From assembly GCA_965649765.1 (NCBI GenBank), contig OZ287751.1:57040001-57104000 (forward strand): DNA of 64,000 nt, in the 5' to 3' direction. Below are positions 1 to 14,167 of this stretch, piece by piece. Source of the stretch: Bispira polyomma (taxonomy: Eukaryota). Under the pieces are notes generated by a model. The model saw only the letters and a program-made list of their open reading frames with translations, had not been told where the DNA came from and ran no database searches. A program made the position numbers and the translations under genes. The stretch's first letter is position 1, and each line of letters begins with the position of its first letter.

Positions 1-1030
1 AGCTTTGTCTCAAAAGTTGTCGAGAAAGCTGTAGCACAACAAATGTCTAATCACCTAAACAGACAAAACATTGAAAATCGTCATCAATCTATTTACAGAA
101 AATTCCACTCTACAGAAATTATATCAATCTTGCACTAGGCCGGAATCAAATAGTGGCCCTCACCCTTCTGAATCTTTCAGCAGCATTCAACACTATTGAT
201 CATGGCCTGCTCTGCGACACTCTCAAGCAGTGGTTTGGGATAAATGGCAGTGTCTTTAAATGAATCAGATCCTACCTTACTCTTAGAGCACAAAAAAATT
301 AAATTAGATAACCTATTTTTTTCCATAAACCTACCATACAGAGTACCCAGGGGATCCGTCCTTGGGCCCCTACTTTTTGACCTTTATACACATCCTCTGA
401 AAAGAATACGAAAACACCTGTCAATAGACGCAGCAATAATGTTGGCTAACACCCTGGTTAGCAGCCGCTTTGACTTTCGGAGTAAACAAGTCACAAATCA
501 AAAAGCTCCAGTCCATCCAAAACTACCTGTGCAGGGTTATATTTCGCCTGGGTTGTCGCACAGACGTCAGTCCTAACCTCAAAAAATTACACTGGATGCC
601 CATTCACACTCGTATTTTGTTCAAGATTCACGTTACCACTTATAAGGCTGTAGTCACTCAACAGCCCTCCTACCTTGCTTCTCTTGTCTCCTTTAGTAAC
701 TGTGAAATGCAACAGACTATCTATTTCTTAGGTCAGACCCATCAGGAAGGTGAGATCCAGAGCATTCTCCACTGCAACTCCTTTGTTATGGAAGGAACTC
801 CCAGTTGACCTCAGATCAGTTGATACACTCATCGGTTTTAGGAAAAAGCTTAAAACCTATCTTTTTAACCGTGGCTACCCACCTTAGGTTCCCTCGTACA
901 CGCTCCCACCTCTTTCCTTACAACTTTGCTATGCCCATGGACTTAACAATTAGATTAATGATTCTGCTTTTGCACTTTAGAAGATGCCAAGCATCAATAA
1001 AGCGCGTTAAAAATTAATAATAATAATAAT
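1..1030 (+). mobile_element. Degenerate L2/CR1-group non-LTR retrotransposon, 3' part, with (TAA)n tail
   Basis: Frameshifted RT-like segments (VPRGSVLGPLLF, LQSIQN, LKKLHWMPI), followed by AATAAAGCGCG and a TAA repeat at about 1014-1030. Confidence 0.85.
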
Positions 1031-1798
1031 GATCCTTTTTCCCTGTTTTTTTTTGTATTTTAGTGCAAGTTTTAAACTAATGGATTTCACATGATGATCA
1101 CATTCCTTGTAAAGTAAGTTGTAAATTTATTTCCGGTAAAACTATTTACTAAAATGATGGAAAAGAATCATCTGATCCAAATACAATCTTTACAGTTTAT
1201 CACAGAAAATTACTCTGTATAACGAGGTTTGAGCTATAGATTTTTTAGATATATATTTAGATTACTTTATCTCATATTATTACATTTACAGATGCAATCC
1301 GACTGTAATTTAAAAGAGTTCTATTTTTTATCTTGAATTTTTGACATATTTTAGCAAAACAAAATACAACAAAACACGTTGTTGGGTGGATAGGAAGAGG
1401 GCATTAATGCTCATTCAATATCTTGCACGCACAGAGGGACACATTTTGGTCTTAGTAGAGAATATGAAAATAATAGTGACAATGTTACTGATGGCTGCAT
1501 TTTTCAACATGGTAGGGTCATCAAATGTAAATTATACAATGCATGATGACATGCATAATTTATAAAGCGTAGTGTAATTTTATAAATAAGTAGATTTTCT
1601 CATGAACATATTCCAAATTAACAGCAGTTATAGTTATGTTATTAGTATGTGAATGTTAAAACATAGCTGCTGAACTGATATTTCAGACAGTAAGTAAAGA
1701 CAATAATTAAAAATATGCATTAAAGGTCAACATTATATTCATGATTTATTTCTGAATTCACATTTTGACTAGCTTTAGTCACTCATCGTTAGGGGTAC

Positions 1799-4247
1799 AT
1801 AAGACCGACAAAGGCAGGTTATGTGTCATTATTAGTTTTCATGTCATTTTTTTCTGTTGTCCAGGGGATTATATCTGCCATAGTCATCACAGCTGCACCT
1901 GAGCTGAGGGTTATTTTACATAGTACAACACAGGGTCTGTCTACTGTATTTTCCTTGGGGTCATTTGGATCATTGCTAGCTGTCATTCCTTCTATGTTTG
2001 CAGACAGGTAGATATTCAACAAGATTTATACTGTTTTCTCAAATTTATCTTAATTTAACAAATATTCACAAAGTTGCAGCCCATGCAAATGTTCATGTAA
2101 AAAGATACATGAAAGGAGATATAATTAGGTGCTGACAGCCACTGGATGACATAAGCATTTGCATATTATATCTGGTTTGCAAGCATTAGTACTTAAACTT
2201 CCACACAGTTACCTATCATTATGTTAGACTACGCCACCTCACGCACAGTTCCCGTCGATGCCTATGTGGGAAAGGTGGTAGTTCCTTACTGTGGGCCGCT
2301 GGTTTCAGTGCAGAACCTTGATCAACTGTATGCAGAGGTACTAGAGTGGACGTTAAATATAAAAAAAAAACAAAAAAAAACAACAACACAGTCACACAAA
2401 TATTTACATTGAACCACTACATTCTTGCATCATTTGCATGTTCAAATTAGTAGATTTTTAAAACTGATTGAATTTTTAAATTTGTTGCATGACATGTCGA
2501 TCGTTAAGTTATGTAGTTAACCCCTACAAACTCCATGAAAAACCTACGCAAATTTATTTTTTAATGGCATCTAGGGTGACAGCCGGAATTTGTGACAGAA
2601 TTCATGTGAATTTTCAGAGAATTTGTTATGTATATATATTTCAAAATTTCATTCACATAATTTTTTTCATGACATGGTTAATCTAAATAATGTTGCAATA
2701 AATGACTAATAAATGCAAAATACAAACTCACATGATATCACAATGATATTCCTGGAATTTTGTAACCAGGTTGCCGCCATGTTAATTTGCCAAAGAGGGT
2801 TAGGAACTTAATTAGTTGTTAGTTGTATTTTTCTCATTTACCACATGTTCAGTTCCTATTTGGTTGAAATCGTTTTAAGTTTGACACTATTGACAATAAT
2901 TAGAAGCAACTTTTCGATCACTATTTTCTGCTTATTAAGTGCTTCAGTGTATTCATAGTATTTATTTTATTATCCTGTAGTAATTTCTGTTTTCTAGATT
3001 CCAGGGCAGTGTTGGTATACTTTTGGCAAGTACTTTATTTTTATCAAGTTTGTTGAACATCCTGAGGTTTACCAGGGGGATATACATCTTTGCAGTATGT
3101 CTGTTTCTTGACAAAATCTGCTGGTCCACAATAGAGAGTGGTAATGTATTCTTTGTATTCTTTTTTTAGAGACATACAAAAATTACCATTATGTGATTAG
3201 TATGATCTATTGCAATCTATAATCACACTCTTTTGCAAAGTCTGGTATATGTTTAATTTACAATATTTATATTCTATTTTGACAGTTGGTCAACGGCTTC
3301 TGATGAATACTTGGGGAGAGAAGGGTCAAACCTACCAATATATCACATGACTAGGATACTCACTAGGCTCTTTGTTTGGATCTGAAAGCATTTCATATTT
3401 GTTAAGTGATCATAACAATTCATCAAATAATCATTTGCTTCACAAACGGTGCAGTAATCATAGTACCAGAGCATGTTTCACACTCAATGAAGAGACAAGA
3501 CCAAGTATAGAACTGGCCTGGTATTTCAGTGCAGTACTGAGTTTGGTAATAGCAATAGGTTTTGGTTTGTTGCAGTGCAAGATTTCAAAGTCAGTATCAT
3601 CTGATGAGGATTTCCCAGCTTGTGCATATTCCCTAACGTCAACAGGGAAACTTTTGAAGAGTGGGATTTTTGTGCTGATATTTTACGTGGTATCGTGCGT
3701 TTTCATGGTTGCCATACAAATGGGCCCCAAAATGTATATCACTAGTTTTGCAGTCGATAGCAATCTTGGATATAGCAACAGTGAGGCAGCACAGATTCTG
3801 TCATGGTCGTTTATTTCAGATTGTGGTGGAATGATAATTTTTTCTGTACTTGCTAAATATTGCTCATCAATCCTCTTACTTACAGTAGAAATACACGGGA
3901 TACTAGCTGCATCAATTTGTCTTCTTCTGTGGGGATCAAGCACCAAAATAACCTTAACAATATTCATTTGTTTTTTAAGTGCAATACAGGGCCCAGCATG
4001 GACAAGCATTTATGCTTGGGCTGATAATTACCTTGATTTATTGTCTTCTATTCTTGCCATTAGTAAAATGATTAGGTCTTTAGCAACCATTGTAATACAC
4101 ATTCTTATCGGACATTTATATCTAAGTATTGGACCTTGGAGTATATTTCTTGTAACTGTAACTAATGCTGTATTTTTGTGGGTCAGTTACTGTGTAATCT
4201 ATTTTCTCACTAGACATAAAGACTCAAGGTATAAACCCATCAACTAG
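1799..4247 (+). pseudogene. MFSD4/sodium-dependent glucose transporter 1-like MFS transporter, copy 1 (exons 1799-2007, 2998-3140, 3286-4247); near-intact
   Basis: Three phase-consistent GT-AG exons give about 437 codons of multi-TM MFS-like protein (FADR loop, LLMNTWG, YITSFAV..L.YS..EAA). ATA at 1799 where copy 2 has ATG; in-frame TGA at 3348-3350. Family assignment is by motif recognition only. Confidence 0.75.
2250..2386 (+). mobile_element. 5'-truncated tRNA-derived SINE in intron 1 of MFS copy 1
   Basis: Same core as the copies at 23.6, 47.8 and 54.0 kb; A-rich tail; CACAGT duplication (2244-2249 and 2387-2392); absent at the paralogous position in copy 2 (about 10540). Confidence 0.85.
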
Positions 4248-5506
4248 ATGAAATTAAGTCTCAAATATGTAACCAAGCAATAGTCTTGCGAGGCTATAGA
4301 ATATGTTAGCAGTAACACTATACATTTTCCCTTCTAGTAACTTGTTTTAGAATCAATTACAGGATATGAGGACTGCATAAATATATCTTTAAAAAAAGTT
4401 CATTTTTAATGTAGTGATTTCTTCACTTTTTTTGTGGATGAATGATGTTTTGACAATTTTATAGTTTTTGACTTCTGAAAAGAAGTAACAATGCAACAAG
4501 TATCACAAAATCTGTTAATATTTCTGTTAAAATCTGTTAATATTTACAGAATTCGTCCTGTGTTGTTGTCATTTCCTCCCCTGTCAGATTAAGAATATTC
4601 ATATTAACTATAACAGTATATCATTTTGTTTTCTTAGATTGAATCACAAGATTCATTTTAACTGGTGAAGATGGTTAGGGTCCATTACACATGTAATTGA
4701 GTTATTGAGTAATTAATTCTTCAAGCTTGTGTGATTGTAATTGTAGTTGAAATTTTAAAGCAGTATTTGTAATTGCAATTGAAAAGTTCTAAATCAATTA
4801 CACTCAAACGGTATGTACCTATTTTCATATCAGATATGTTTTTCAGCCAAAACAAAATTATAATAATTATAAACTTCAGATGACAAATTATTAGTTATAA
4901 AACTGGATGAATAGAATTAAGTAATATAATTCAGATCATGTCTTTCAGTTATTAATTGTTTGCTGCACCATTTAATAGAAATATTTTAAAAGGTTGGCAG
5001 AACTATAATAAGAAAGCCAAAAAATCATTGTTTAGCCACTGTTATGGATTTAGAATGACTACCACAAACAAAGACGGGGGTACGTATTCATGACTTGCAG
5101 TCATTTGATCAATGACAAGTAATATAGAGATGTGACACAAATGTTTTATGTTTTTACTCTCCTTTATTTTTACTGATTGGTGATGAATGCAGAAAGAACA
5201 TGTGTAGAAATTTTAAAAAGCTTAAACATATTAGGTGTTGTGAACTTTAAATGGGAACTTCATTTTATGTGGACTTTTTGCTCAAGCACCCAGAGATCAA
5301 ATAGGATGTTCACGTGTTTGAAGTCAAATCTAATCAGTAATCCAAACTTAGTGATATATATTAACATAGCTGCTCATATTAAGTCTACATAAAGAAAATA
5401 TCTATGTATATACAATTATAAACTTTTTGTATTACTTTGGAGTTGTAATAAATTTCTTGGGAAATAATGTTCATAACTGCCTAAGGAAAATTAAACACTA
5501 TGTATA

Positions 5507-5805
5507 CAATTCATCAAACAATCATTCTCTTCACACGCCCTGCAGTAATCATATTACCAGAGCATGTTACACACTCAATGAAGAGACAAGACCAAGTATA
5601 GAACTGGCTTGGTATTTTAGTGCATTATTGAGTGTAGTACTAGCTGTAGATTTTTTCAAAGTCAGTATCATCTGGTGAGGATTTTCCAGGTTGTGTATCT
5701 TCCCTAGCATCAATATGGGAACTATTTAGGAGTCAGATTTTTGTGCTAATATTTTACATGGTATTGTACCGTCTCATGGTTAGCACACAAACAAGACCCA
5801 AAAGT
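5507..5805 (+). pseudogene. Fragment of MFS transporter exon 3
   Basis: Aligns to 3415-3735 (NSSNNH..CSNH..RACYTLNEETRPSIELAWYF) with a deletion and frameshift. Confidence 0.85.
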
Positions 5806-6014
5806 AGTATTGCAATCACAATAAGGAAATAATATTATAAAATGTCTTCCTTTCCAGTTTATTAAAAAATGTGCATGTACTTAAAAACATATAATAAAGT
5901 AAATGTGTGAAATGTGAAGAAAAGTATGTGTATAAATGTTTTTATTGATATTTTGTCTGCTATATTGTCAACAAAGTTGTCAGACAACATAAATGTTAAT
6001 GATAGTATTTTTTC

Positions 6015-7929
6015 AAAATTTTAACCTCGCCTAGGCGGATTTAAAATCTGCCTAGACCAAATTAAAATTTTGATTTCGCCTAGGCGGAATTAAAATTTCC
6101 AAGTTTGTCTAATAGAATTTTAATCTCGCCTAGGCGGATTTAAAATCTGCCTAGACCAAATTAAAATTTTGATTTCGCCTAGGCAGATTTTAAATCCGCC
6201 TAGGCGAGATTAAAATTGGGGGAATTAAAATTTCAGATTGAGGGAAATTTTAATTATTTCATTTATGTATGCTGTAAAAGTATGGATAACAACCTTTAAA
6301 TTAAAATCAATTTATTTCTTTATAAAACACTTTGCATTCATTGTTCAAACATTAAATCATACCTGGAATATAGTAATTGCATTAATTATTAGTAATTGCA
6401 TTAATTATTAACATCATTTCTTTATAAAGCACTTCTCATTCATGGTTTAAAACATTAATCAGACACTACCAATTCATTCCTGAGCACATATAAAAGAGCA
6501 GTGCATCAAGAAAGTTTTTGGGGATTACGACTATGGAGTTTATAGATAGATAGATAATTTTTTTATTATACTGACATTGTGTTATACATATACAAATATA
6601 CAAAATCACATTTTATTAATTGTAACACTCAGCCTTAAGGCTTATAAGTCAGTTTAAATATAATATTCTAATTTAATGTGTGTATAAAAAGGTATAAAAC
6701 TATTATTTTGCAGAAATGGTAAAATTCACAATTTATTGAACTTTCTATATCTTCAATTCTTTTAAAAATTTTGATTTCCTATATTCCCATAATTTACATA
6801 AAAATTTTGCAAATGTTTTAATATGTTTATCTTTGAGTGACATTAAATTAATAAATTTTTCTTCCAAACTCAAAAGATTAAAGTTTACTTCCACATTTTT
6901 AACAACATAATCAAAGAACACTTTTCTATCTCTATCGTAAACTGTACAGTCAATTAAAAAATGCTGTTCGTCTTCTATAAAATTTAAATTACACATTGTA
7001 CATATCCTACTTGACAAATCTATAAAAAAATTTATAAAAAGGCATGAATGATTATATACTTTACCCTTTGTGAGGCATGTGATTTTTCACCACAAACATT
7101 AATTGCAATTACAGTGTTTTGCATTCTATCAGGGCAGTGAAGAAATCAGGGTAAGTACTGAGACAAAGACAATTGCTAAACCAATTAATGACAATTAACA
7201 GTAGGTGGTCAAATAGGTAAGACAAATAATAGACAGACAACAACAGACACACTATAAATGTTATTATTTTAATTATTTCAATAATTCTTATGTGTTGTAT
7301 ACATCAGTACTTTACCAATAATTACAATTCCAAACCTTTTGACACCCATATACTACCCCCTAATAAGGAAATATTACACCAATAATACACTAATAATACA
7401 TATTAAGCTGGTAAAAACATTGAATTGTAATGTAGTGTAGGGTAAACAAAACAAAAAAATTATTGGTGTGATCAAGTTTAAATTTTACCCAGTCATACAG
7501 CATTTTAATTAATACAGTTACTATAATATTCCATGTATGAATTAATGCTTTGAACCATGAATAGAAAGTGCTTTAAAAAGAAATAAAAATATTTCAAGGT
7601 TGTCATCCATACTTTTACTGCATACATAAATGAAATAATTAAAATTTGCCTCAATCTGAAATTTTAATTCCCCCTATTTTAATCTCGCCTAGGCAGATTT
7701 TAAATCCGCCTAGGCGAAATCAAAATTTTAATTTGGTCTAGGAGATTTTAAATCCGCCTAAGCAAGATTAAAATTCAAAAAACAAACTTGGAAATTTTAA
7801 TTCTGCCTAGGCGAAATCAAAATTTTAATTTGGTCTAGGTGGATTTTAAATCTGCCTAGGTGAGATTAAAATTCTAATCTCGCCTAGGCGGATTTAAAAT
7901 CCGCCTGGATTTTAATTTGGCCTGTGACA
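6015..7929. mobile_element. Foldback-type non-autonomous DNA element with long inverted arms built from CGCCTAGGCG palindromic subrepeats
   Basis: 6015-6390 is the reverse complement of about 7505-7875; right end ...GGCCTGTGACA abuts (TA)4; the left outer terminus appears lost. Confidence 0.8.
6540..7025 (-). mobile_element. 5'-truncated LINE 3' end (Cys/His C-terminal domain) nested in the foldback element
   Basis: RICTMCNLNFIEDEQHFLIDC motif typical of LINE ORF2 C-termini; (TCTA)n-like tail near 6542-6556. Confidence 0.7.
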
Positions 7930-7937
7930 TATATATA

Positions 7938-9425
7938 TGTTACAGTAAATATGTGAATCAGGAAATACGCGTATTCCCTGATAATTTCAATGAATACGCA
8001 TATTCCTTGTCTTGGTCAGGGGGTGCGCGTATTCCCTAAAATTTCCATGGAATATACGTATTCCCTGAATTAAGTTTAACAAAGTTATTTCAATCTTTTA
8101 AACTGTATTGAAACAACTTTGAACCAACCAATTTATAAAAGTTAGTGTAAATTATAGTTCATATTTGAAGTAAAATACAGTTTCAATTCTATGTTAAGTT
8201 AAAAAAGTCAGAAAAAATATTCAAATTATACAAAAGTGATTATAACATCCAACATTATGATACAATATCTAAAATTTGATTAATTTGTACAATTTTAAAC
8301 TTTTAAAACAGATTTAAACATAATCTAAAAAGATGTAACGTTTCAAATAAATGTAGAAATTTTTAAAAGCAATTGTAAAATTTAAATGTGAACTTTACTT
8401 TTGTAATCCAGTTAAGAAGATACTTACTTTGTTAAAAGGTAGTATTCATGTCTTGTTTTTACATTTGGCTGTTGGCTAGTATTTTTTTTTTTTTTAATTT
8501 TTTAAAGTGATTTTCAATTGACCTATCCATGGTACTGATTATTAAACCAAGAATGAACATAACTGAAACACTTCAGCTTATATGTCAACCAAAATATGTC
8601 AGGCCTTCATAAAATTGCAATTGATTATATTTCATAAGTGTTTTGAAATTTATCCTTTTACATTGAATGGTATTTGATGTTTCTTTGAATGAACAAAAAA
8701 TACCTTAGAAAGAACATTTAGGTGAGAAGCCATTACAATTAAGTGTACATCTGAAAAAAGCCTATTGCATCCAAATAGTTTGCTTTATACTTTAAAGCAA
8801 TCAACTGTACAAATTCAAGTAATCCTATGAGCTTTATAGTCCTGAGAATTACCTGTGCATTAATAATATCATTATTATTATCTTTATGTTAATTTCTTGA
8901 TTGGAAGGTATCATATAATGATATGAACACATCAGCTTATTTTGATACATCGAAGAAATATTTTAAAATTATTTCTAGTTTATCACATAGGAAGCCAGTA
9001 AGGGTTGTATATTTATCCTATTAATAAAAATACAGTATATGTATAATCCCTCACACACATAAATTAATTCATTTCATTAAAATAATCCATAAACTTTATT
9101 ATATGCAAATTTTAACATTAGTTTTATGTAAAAATGACTTTGATCCCTTAAACATAAATGAGATGTGTGAAACTGAACAGTTATACTTGTATCTGATAGT
9201 AATTAATTTCATTAAAAGAATCTATGAACTAATTCATGTGTATATTGTTACTTTAATTTTATGAGAAAATTGCTTTTATATGAATTGGTTCAGTGAATAT
9301 GTGTAAGAACTACCTAATAATATCAGGAAATACAGGTACTCTCTGGAAATTTTAGGGAATACGGATATTTACTGAAATTTTCAGGGAATAAGCGTATTCC
9401 CTGATTATGCATATGCACTGTAACA
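7938..9425. mobile_element. Non-autonomous DNA transposon with TGTTACAG termini and GAATACGCGTATTC subterminal palindromes, flanked by (TA)n
   Basis: About 100 bp imperfect TIRs (7938-8070 and 9320-9425); (TA)4 on the left, (TA)6 on the right. Confidence 0.8.
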
Positions 9426-9452
9426 TATATATATATATTTCCTGTTATTTGC

Positions 9453-9510
9453 GATGATCCAGTGATTGTTAACCACAATGCTTGCTAACCACTAGGCCAC
9501 CACGGCCCCT
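9453..9510 (-). mobile_element. tRNA-like SINE head fragment
   Basis: Reverse complement GGCCGTGGTGGCCTAGTGGTTAGCAAGCATT matches the 5' end of the SINE at 54186. Confidence 0.7.
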
Positions 9511-10152
9511 GCAACAAGGTTTGAGATAAAGATTTTTATTAGATATATATTTTAAATACTTTATCTTATGTTATTACATTTACAGATGCAATCAGACTGT
9601 AATTTAAAAGAGTTCTATTTTTGTCTCGAATTTTAAAAATATTTGAGCTTGGTGCTGGATATTTATTTGATCACATGTTATGCAAGCAACAAACTAGGGA
9701 ATATACAAAAACAAAATACAACAAAACACGTTCTTGGGTGGACAGAAAGAGGGCAATAATGCTCATTCAATATCTTGCACGCACTGAGGGACACATTTTG
9801 GTGTTAGCACCGAATGTGAAAATAATGGTAACAATGTTACTGACGGCTGCATTTTTTCAACATGGCAGGATCATCAAATGTAAATTATACGATGCATGAT
9901 GACAGCGCATAGATTGTAAAGCGTAGTGTAATTTTAGAAATAAGTCGATTTTCTTATGAACAAATTCTAAATTAACAGCAAATACTAAGTATGTTTTTAG
10001 TATGGTAATGTTAAAACATAGCTGCTGAACTGATATTTCAGAGATTAAATAAAGACAATAATTAAAAATAAGCATCAAGGTCCAAATTATGTTCATGATT
10101 TATTTCTGAATCCACATTTTGACCAGCTGTACTCACTCATCGTTAGAAGTAC

Positions 10153-12239
10153 ATGAAACAGACAAAAACACTTTATGTGTCATTATTGGTTTTCATGTCA
10201 TTATTTTCTGTTGTCCAGGGGATTATATCTTCCATAGTCACCACAGCTGCACCTGAGCTAAGAGCTATTTGTTCATGCAAAAGATGCATAAAAGAAGACA
10301 TAATTATACGAAAACAGCCACTGGATGACATAAGTTGATTCATTATTGCATGGTACAGCCTGCAAGAATATGTTAGAGCATGTATCTTTACGCACCTGTG
10401 TGGCAGCTTCTGCAACAGCTTCAAGGTGGGCTTGCGTGAATTTGCATATTATATCTGGATTGCCAGCATTAGTACCTAAACTCCCACACAGTCACACACA
10501 GTTACCTATCATTATGTTAGACTACGCCACCTCACGCATAGTCACGCAAATTTTCACGTTAAACCACTACATTCTTGCATCATTTACATGTCCAAATTAG
10601 TGGATTTTTAAAACTGGTTGAATTTTTAAATTTGTTGCATGACATGTCCATTGTTAAGTTATGTACCTGCACATACTTGCACATAATCAGTTAAATCCTA
10701 CAAACTCCATGAAAAACTTTTGTGACCAGGTTGTTGTCATGTTATTTTACCAAAAAGGGGTTAGGAGCTACATTAGTTGTGTTTTTTCTTAATTGCCACA
10801 TGTTCAGTTCCTATTTGGTTAAAATGGTTTCAAGTTTGATACTATTGACAATAAGTAGAAGCAACTTTTTGATCACTATTTTCTGCTTATTTAGTCCTTT
10901 AGTGTATTCATTGTTTTTATTTATTATTCTGTAGTAATTTCTATTTTCTAGATTCCAGGGCAGTGTTGGTATATTTTTGGCAAGTACTTTATTTCTATCA
11001 AGTTTGTTAAACATCTTGAAGTTTACCAGGGGGGATATACATCTTTGCAGTATGTCTGTTTCTTGACAAAATCTGCTGGTCCACAATAAAGAGGGGTAAT
11101 GAATTCTTTTAATTTAGAGACATCGCAAACATACAAAAATTAACATTATGTGATTAGTAATGATCTATTGCAATCTATAATCACACTCTTTTGCAAAGTC
11201 TGGTGTATGTTTAATTTACAATATTTCTATTCTCTTTTGACAGTTGGTCAATGGCTTCTGATGAATACTTGGGGGAGAAGGGTCAAACCTATCAATATGT
11301 CACACAACGAAGATACTCACTAGGCTCCCTGTTTGGATCTGAAAGCATTTCATATTTGTTAAGTGATCATAACAATTCATCAAAAAATCATTTGCTTCAC
11401 AAACTGTGCAGTAATCATAGTACCAGAGCATGTTACACACTCAATGAGAAACAAGACCAAATATTAAACTGACTTGATATTTCTGTGCATTACTGAGTTT
11501 GTTAATAGAAATAGATTTTGGTTTCTTGCAGTGCAAGACGTCAAAGTCAGTATTATCTGATGAGGATTTCCCAGCTTGTGTATATTCCCTATCGTCAACA
11601 GGGAAACTGTTAAAGAGTGGGATTTTTGTGCTGATATTTTACCTGGTATAGTACGTTTTCATGGTTGCCATACAAATAGCCCTAAAAATGTATATCACTA
11701 GTTTTGCAGTTGATAGCAATCTTGAATATAGCAACAGTGAGGCAGCACAGATTCTGTCATGGTCGTTTATTTCAGATTGTGGTGGAATGATAATTTTTTT
11801 TGTACTTACTAAATATAGCTCATCAACCCTCTTACTTACAGTGGAAATACACAGGATACTGGCTGAATCAATTTGTCTTATTCTCTGGGGATCAAGCACC
11901 AAAATAACCGTAACAATATTCATTCGTTTGTTAAGTGAAATACAGGACCCAGCATTGACAACCATTTATACTTGGGCTGATAATTACCTTGATTTATTGT
12001 CTTCTATTCTTGCCATTAGTAAAATGATTAGGTCTTTAGCAACCATTGTAATACACATTCTTATCAGACATTTATATCTAAGTATTGGACCTTGGAGTAT
12101 ATTTCTTGTAACTGTAACTAATGCTGTATTTTTGTGGGTCAGTTACTGTGTAATTTATTTTATTACTAGACTTAAAGAATCCAGGTATAAACCCATTAAA
12201 TGGATGAAAGTAGGTCTCAAATATATAACCAAGAAATAG
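10153..12239 (+). pseudogene. MFSD4-like MFS transporter, copy 2 (pseudogene)
   Basis: Paralogue of copy 1. ATG kept at 10153, but an about 175 bp deletion removes the exon 1 donor; +1 G in exon 2 (10952-11095); frameshifts and stops in exon 3 (from 11244). Confidence 0.9.
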
Positions 12240-13319
12240 TTCTGTTAGCATTAACACTATACATTTTCCTTTCTAGTAGCTTGTTTCAGAATCATTTACA
12301 GAATATGAGGATTGCATAAATATAGCAATAGGAAAAGGTTCATTTTTAATTTTTTGATTACTTCACCATTTTTGTAGATTAATGACCTTTTAAGAAATTT
12401 GTAGACCTTAAGAGAAGTAACAATATAACAAGTATCACGAAATCTGTCCAAAATTTCACAGAACTGGCCCTATTTATTTTAACTGGTGAATCAAATTAAT
12501 ATTTTACAATTCACATAATTTTTTTTTTTTTGCAAAATTTGACCATTTGTTTGTTTATTATCATATGAGCAATTACATTCTTTACAGCTTGCAAATCACA
12601 GGACATAAGTCTGCGTAACAGAGTTTAGATGAAGATGTTAGATATACAGTTTACATATTTCATATGATTTGTGACTACTTTATCTCATGTTATTACATTT
12701 ACAGCTGCAATCAGACAGTCATTAAAAGGTTTATATTTTATGTCTAGAGTTTTCAAGATATTTCAGCTTGGTGCCGATTATTTAATTAATCACATGTTAT
12801 ACAGCTTAGAAATTAGGGAATTACAGAAACAAAATAATCATTATTGAATGTATGAAAAGAGGGTATTTTTTAACATGGTAAGATAACTCAAGTTTCATGA
12901 TTTAAATCATGAAATGTTAATTATACAATGCAAAATGGTAACATTCATATAAACACATATATATATGTTCTAAATTAACAGCAAATACTAGTGTTGGTTT
13001 TAGAATATGAATTTAAAAACGAAGCTGCTAAACTGATATATCAGACAGTAATTAAGACAGTAATTAAAAATAAAAGACTTCATTGATGTATTTGAACATT
13101 CATTAATTTTTAAGTAAGCAGACAAAAGTTTAAAATCTATAATAAACCATTGTAAACAAATGTCTTTATGTGAAAAGTACAATTTAAAAGTTTCAAAATA
13201 ACAAATAACTTGTTAGTGGATATGTACACACGTAGTTCGGTTTGTTGTAGTTTTCAATTTAATATGCTAAATTACAAATAGTGTTTTGTCTGCATGACAG
13301 TGATTTTGTACAATTCAAG

Positions 13320-13665
13320 GCTACAGGTAGTCAGTCAACAGCCCTCCTACCTTGCTTCCTGTCTCTCTTTCAGTAGCATAAAAGAAGCAATAGATTCTCT
13401 GTTTCTTCTGTTAAACCAACCAGAAAGGCTGGATCCAGAGCTTTCTCTGTTGCAGCTCCCTTGTCGACCTCAGACCATTAGATACATTTATTGGTTTTAG
13501 GAAAAACCTTAATACATATCTTTTTAACCTTGCCCACCTACTGTAGTTTTTCCTGTACACCCGCCCATCTTTCCTTACTGTGTGTACGGATTAGATGATT
13601 GGATCACTGATTCTGCTGTTGCGCTTTAGAAGATGCCTAGTATCAATAAAGCGCATAACAAATGC
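13320..13665 (+). mobile_element. L2-type LINE 3' fragment, same family as 1-1030
   Basis: Matches 645-1010 (GTAGTCA.TCAACAGCCCTCCTACCTTGCTT ... TTTAGAAGATGCC ... TCAATAAAGCGC). Confidence 0.8.
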
Positions 13666-14167
13666 ATAATAAAAGTAATAAGTTCTGATTATCAGTGTAA
13701 CTTTCTTCCTTTTTTACTGGTTGTTTAACTGCTGGATTATATGTTGATTGCAAATGTACTGTTAAAAAAGTAACAAGACGTTGTTTTAGCTGCATGCAAG
13801 CTAACAATAGTAATTTATTGGGTTTTTTTAAATTTTCGAAATTATGTTTATTGTCAAGCCTCAGTTTGAAAAAAAAACACAATATAATGGAGGCCATGGA
13901 TGTTTGAATAAATAACGCCACCATAAGGAATTTTAATTATTTTGACAATTACTTTTTTTCAGAATTATTTTTATTACACAATAGCAAAAGAAATATCTTT
14001 TATATATATTCTTACTAAAGAAATGTCTTTCATGTATGTTCTTGAATACTTTATCTATGATTTTATGGTTTGTCTCAATAACAGAGAGCTTTATACATTT
14101 TATTTACAACGGCTTTGCAAAGTCTGGCATGTCTTTCATTAACAATGTATATATTGTCTTTTGACAG

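Noticed and set aside
1341-1565. Short ORF apparently conserved with 9621-9899
   Set aside because: The similarity comes from the segmental duplication; frame and length are not preserved between copies
3348-3350. TGA as selenocysteine
   Set aside because: The paralogous codon is CAA rather than Cys, I saw no SECIS, and MFS transporters are not known selenoproteins
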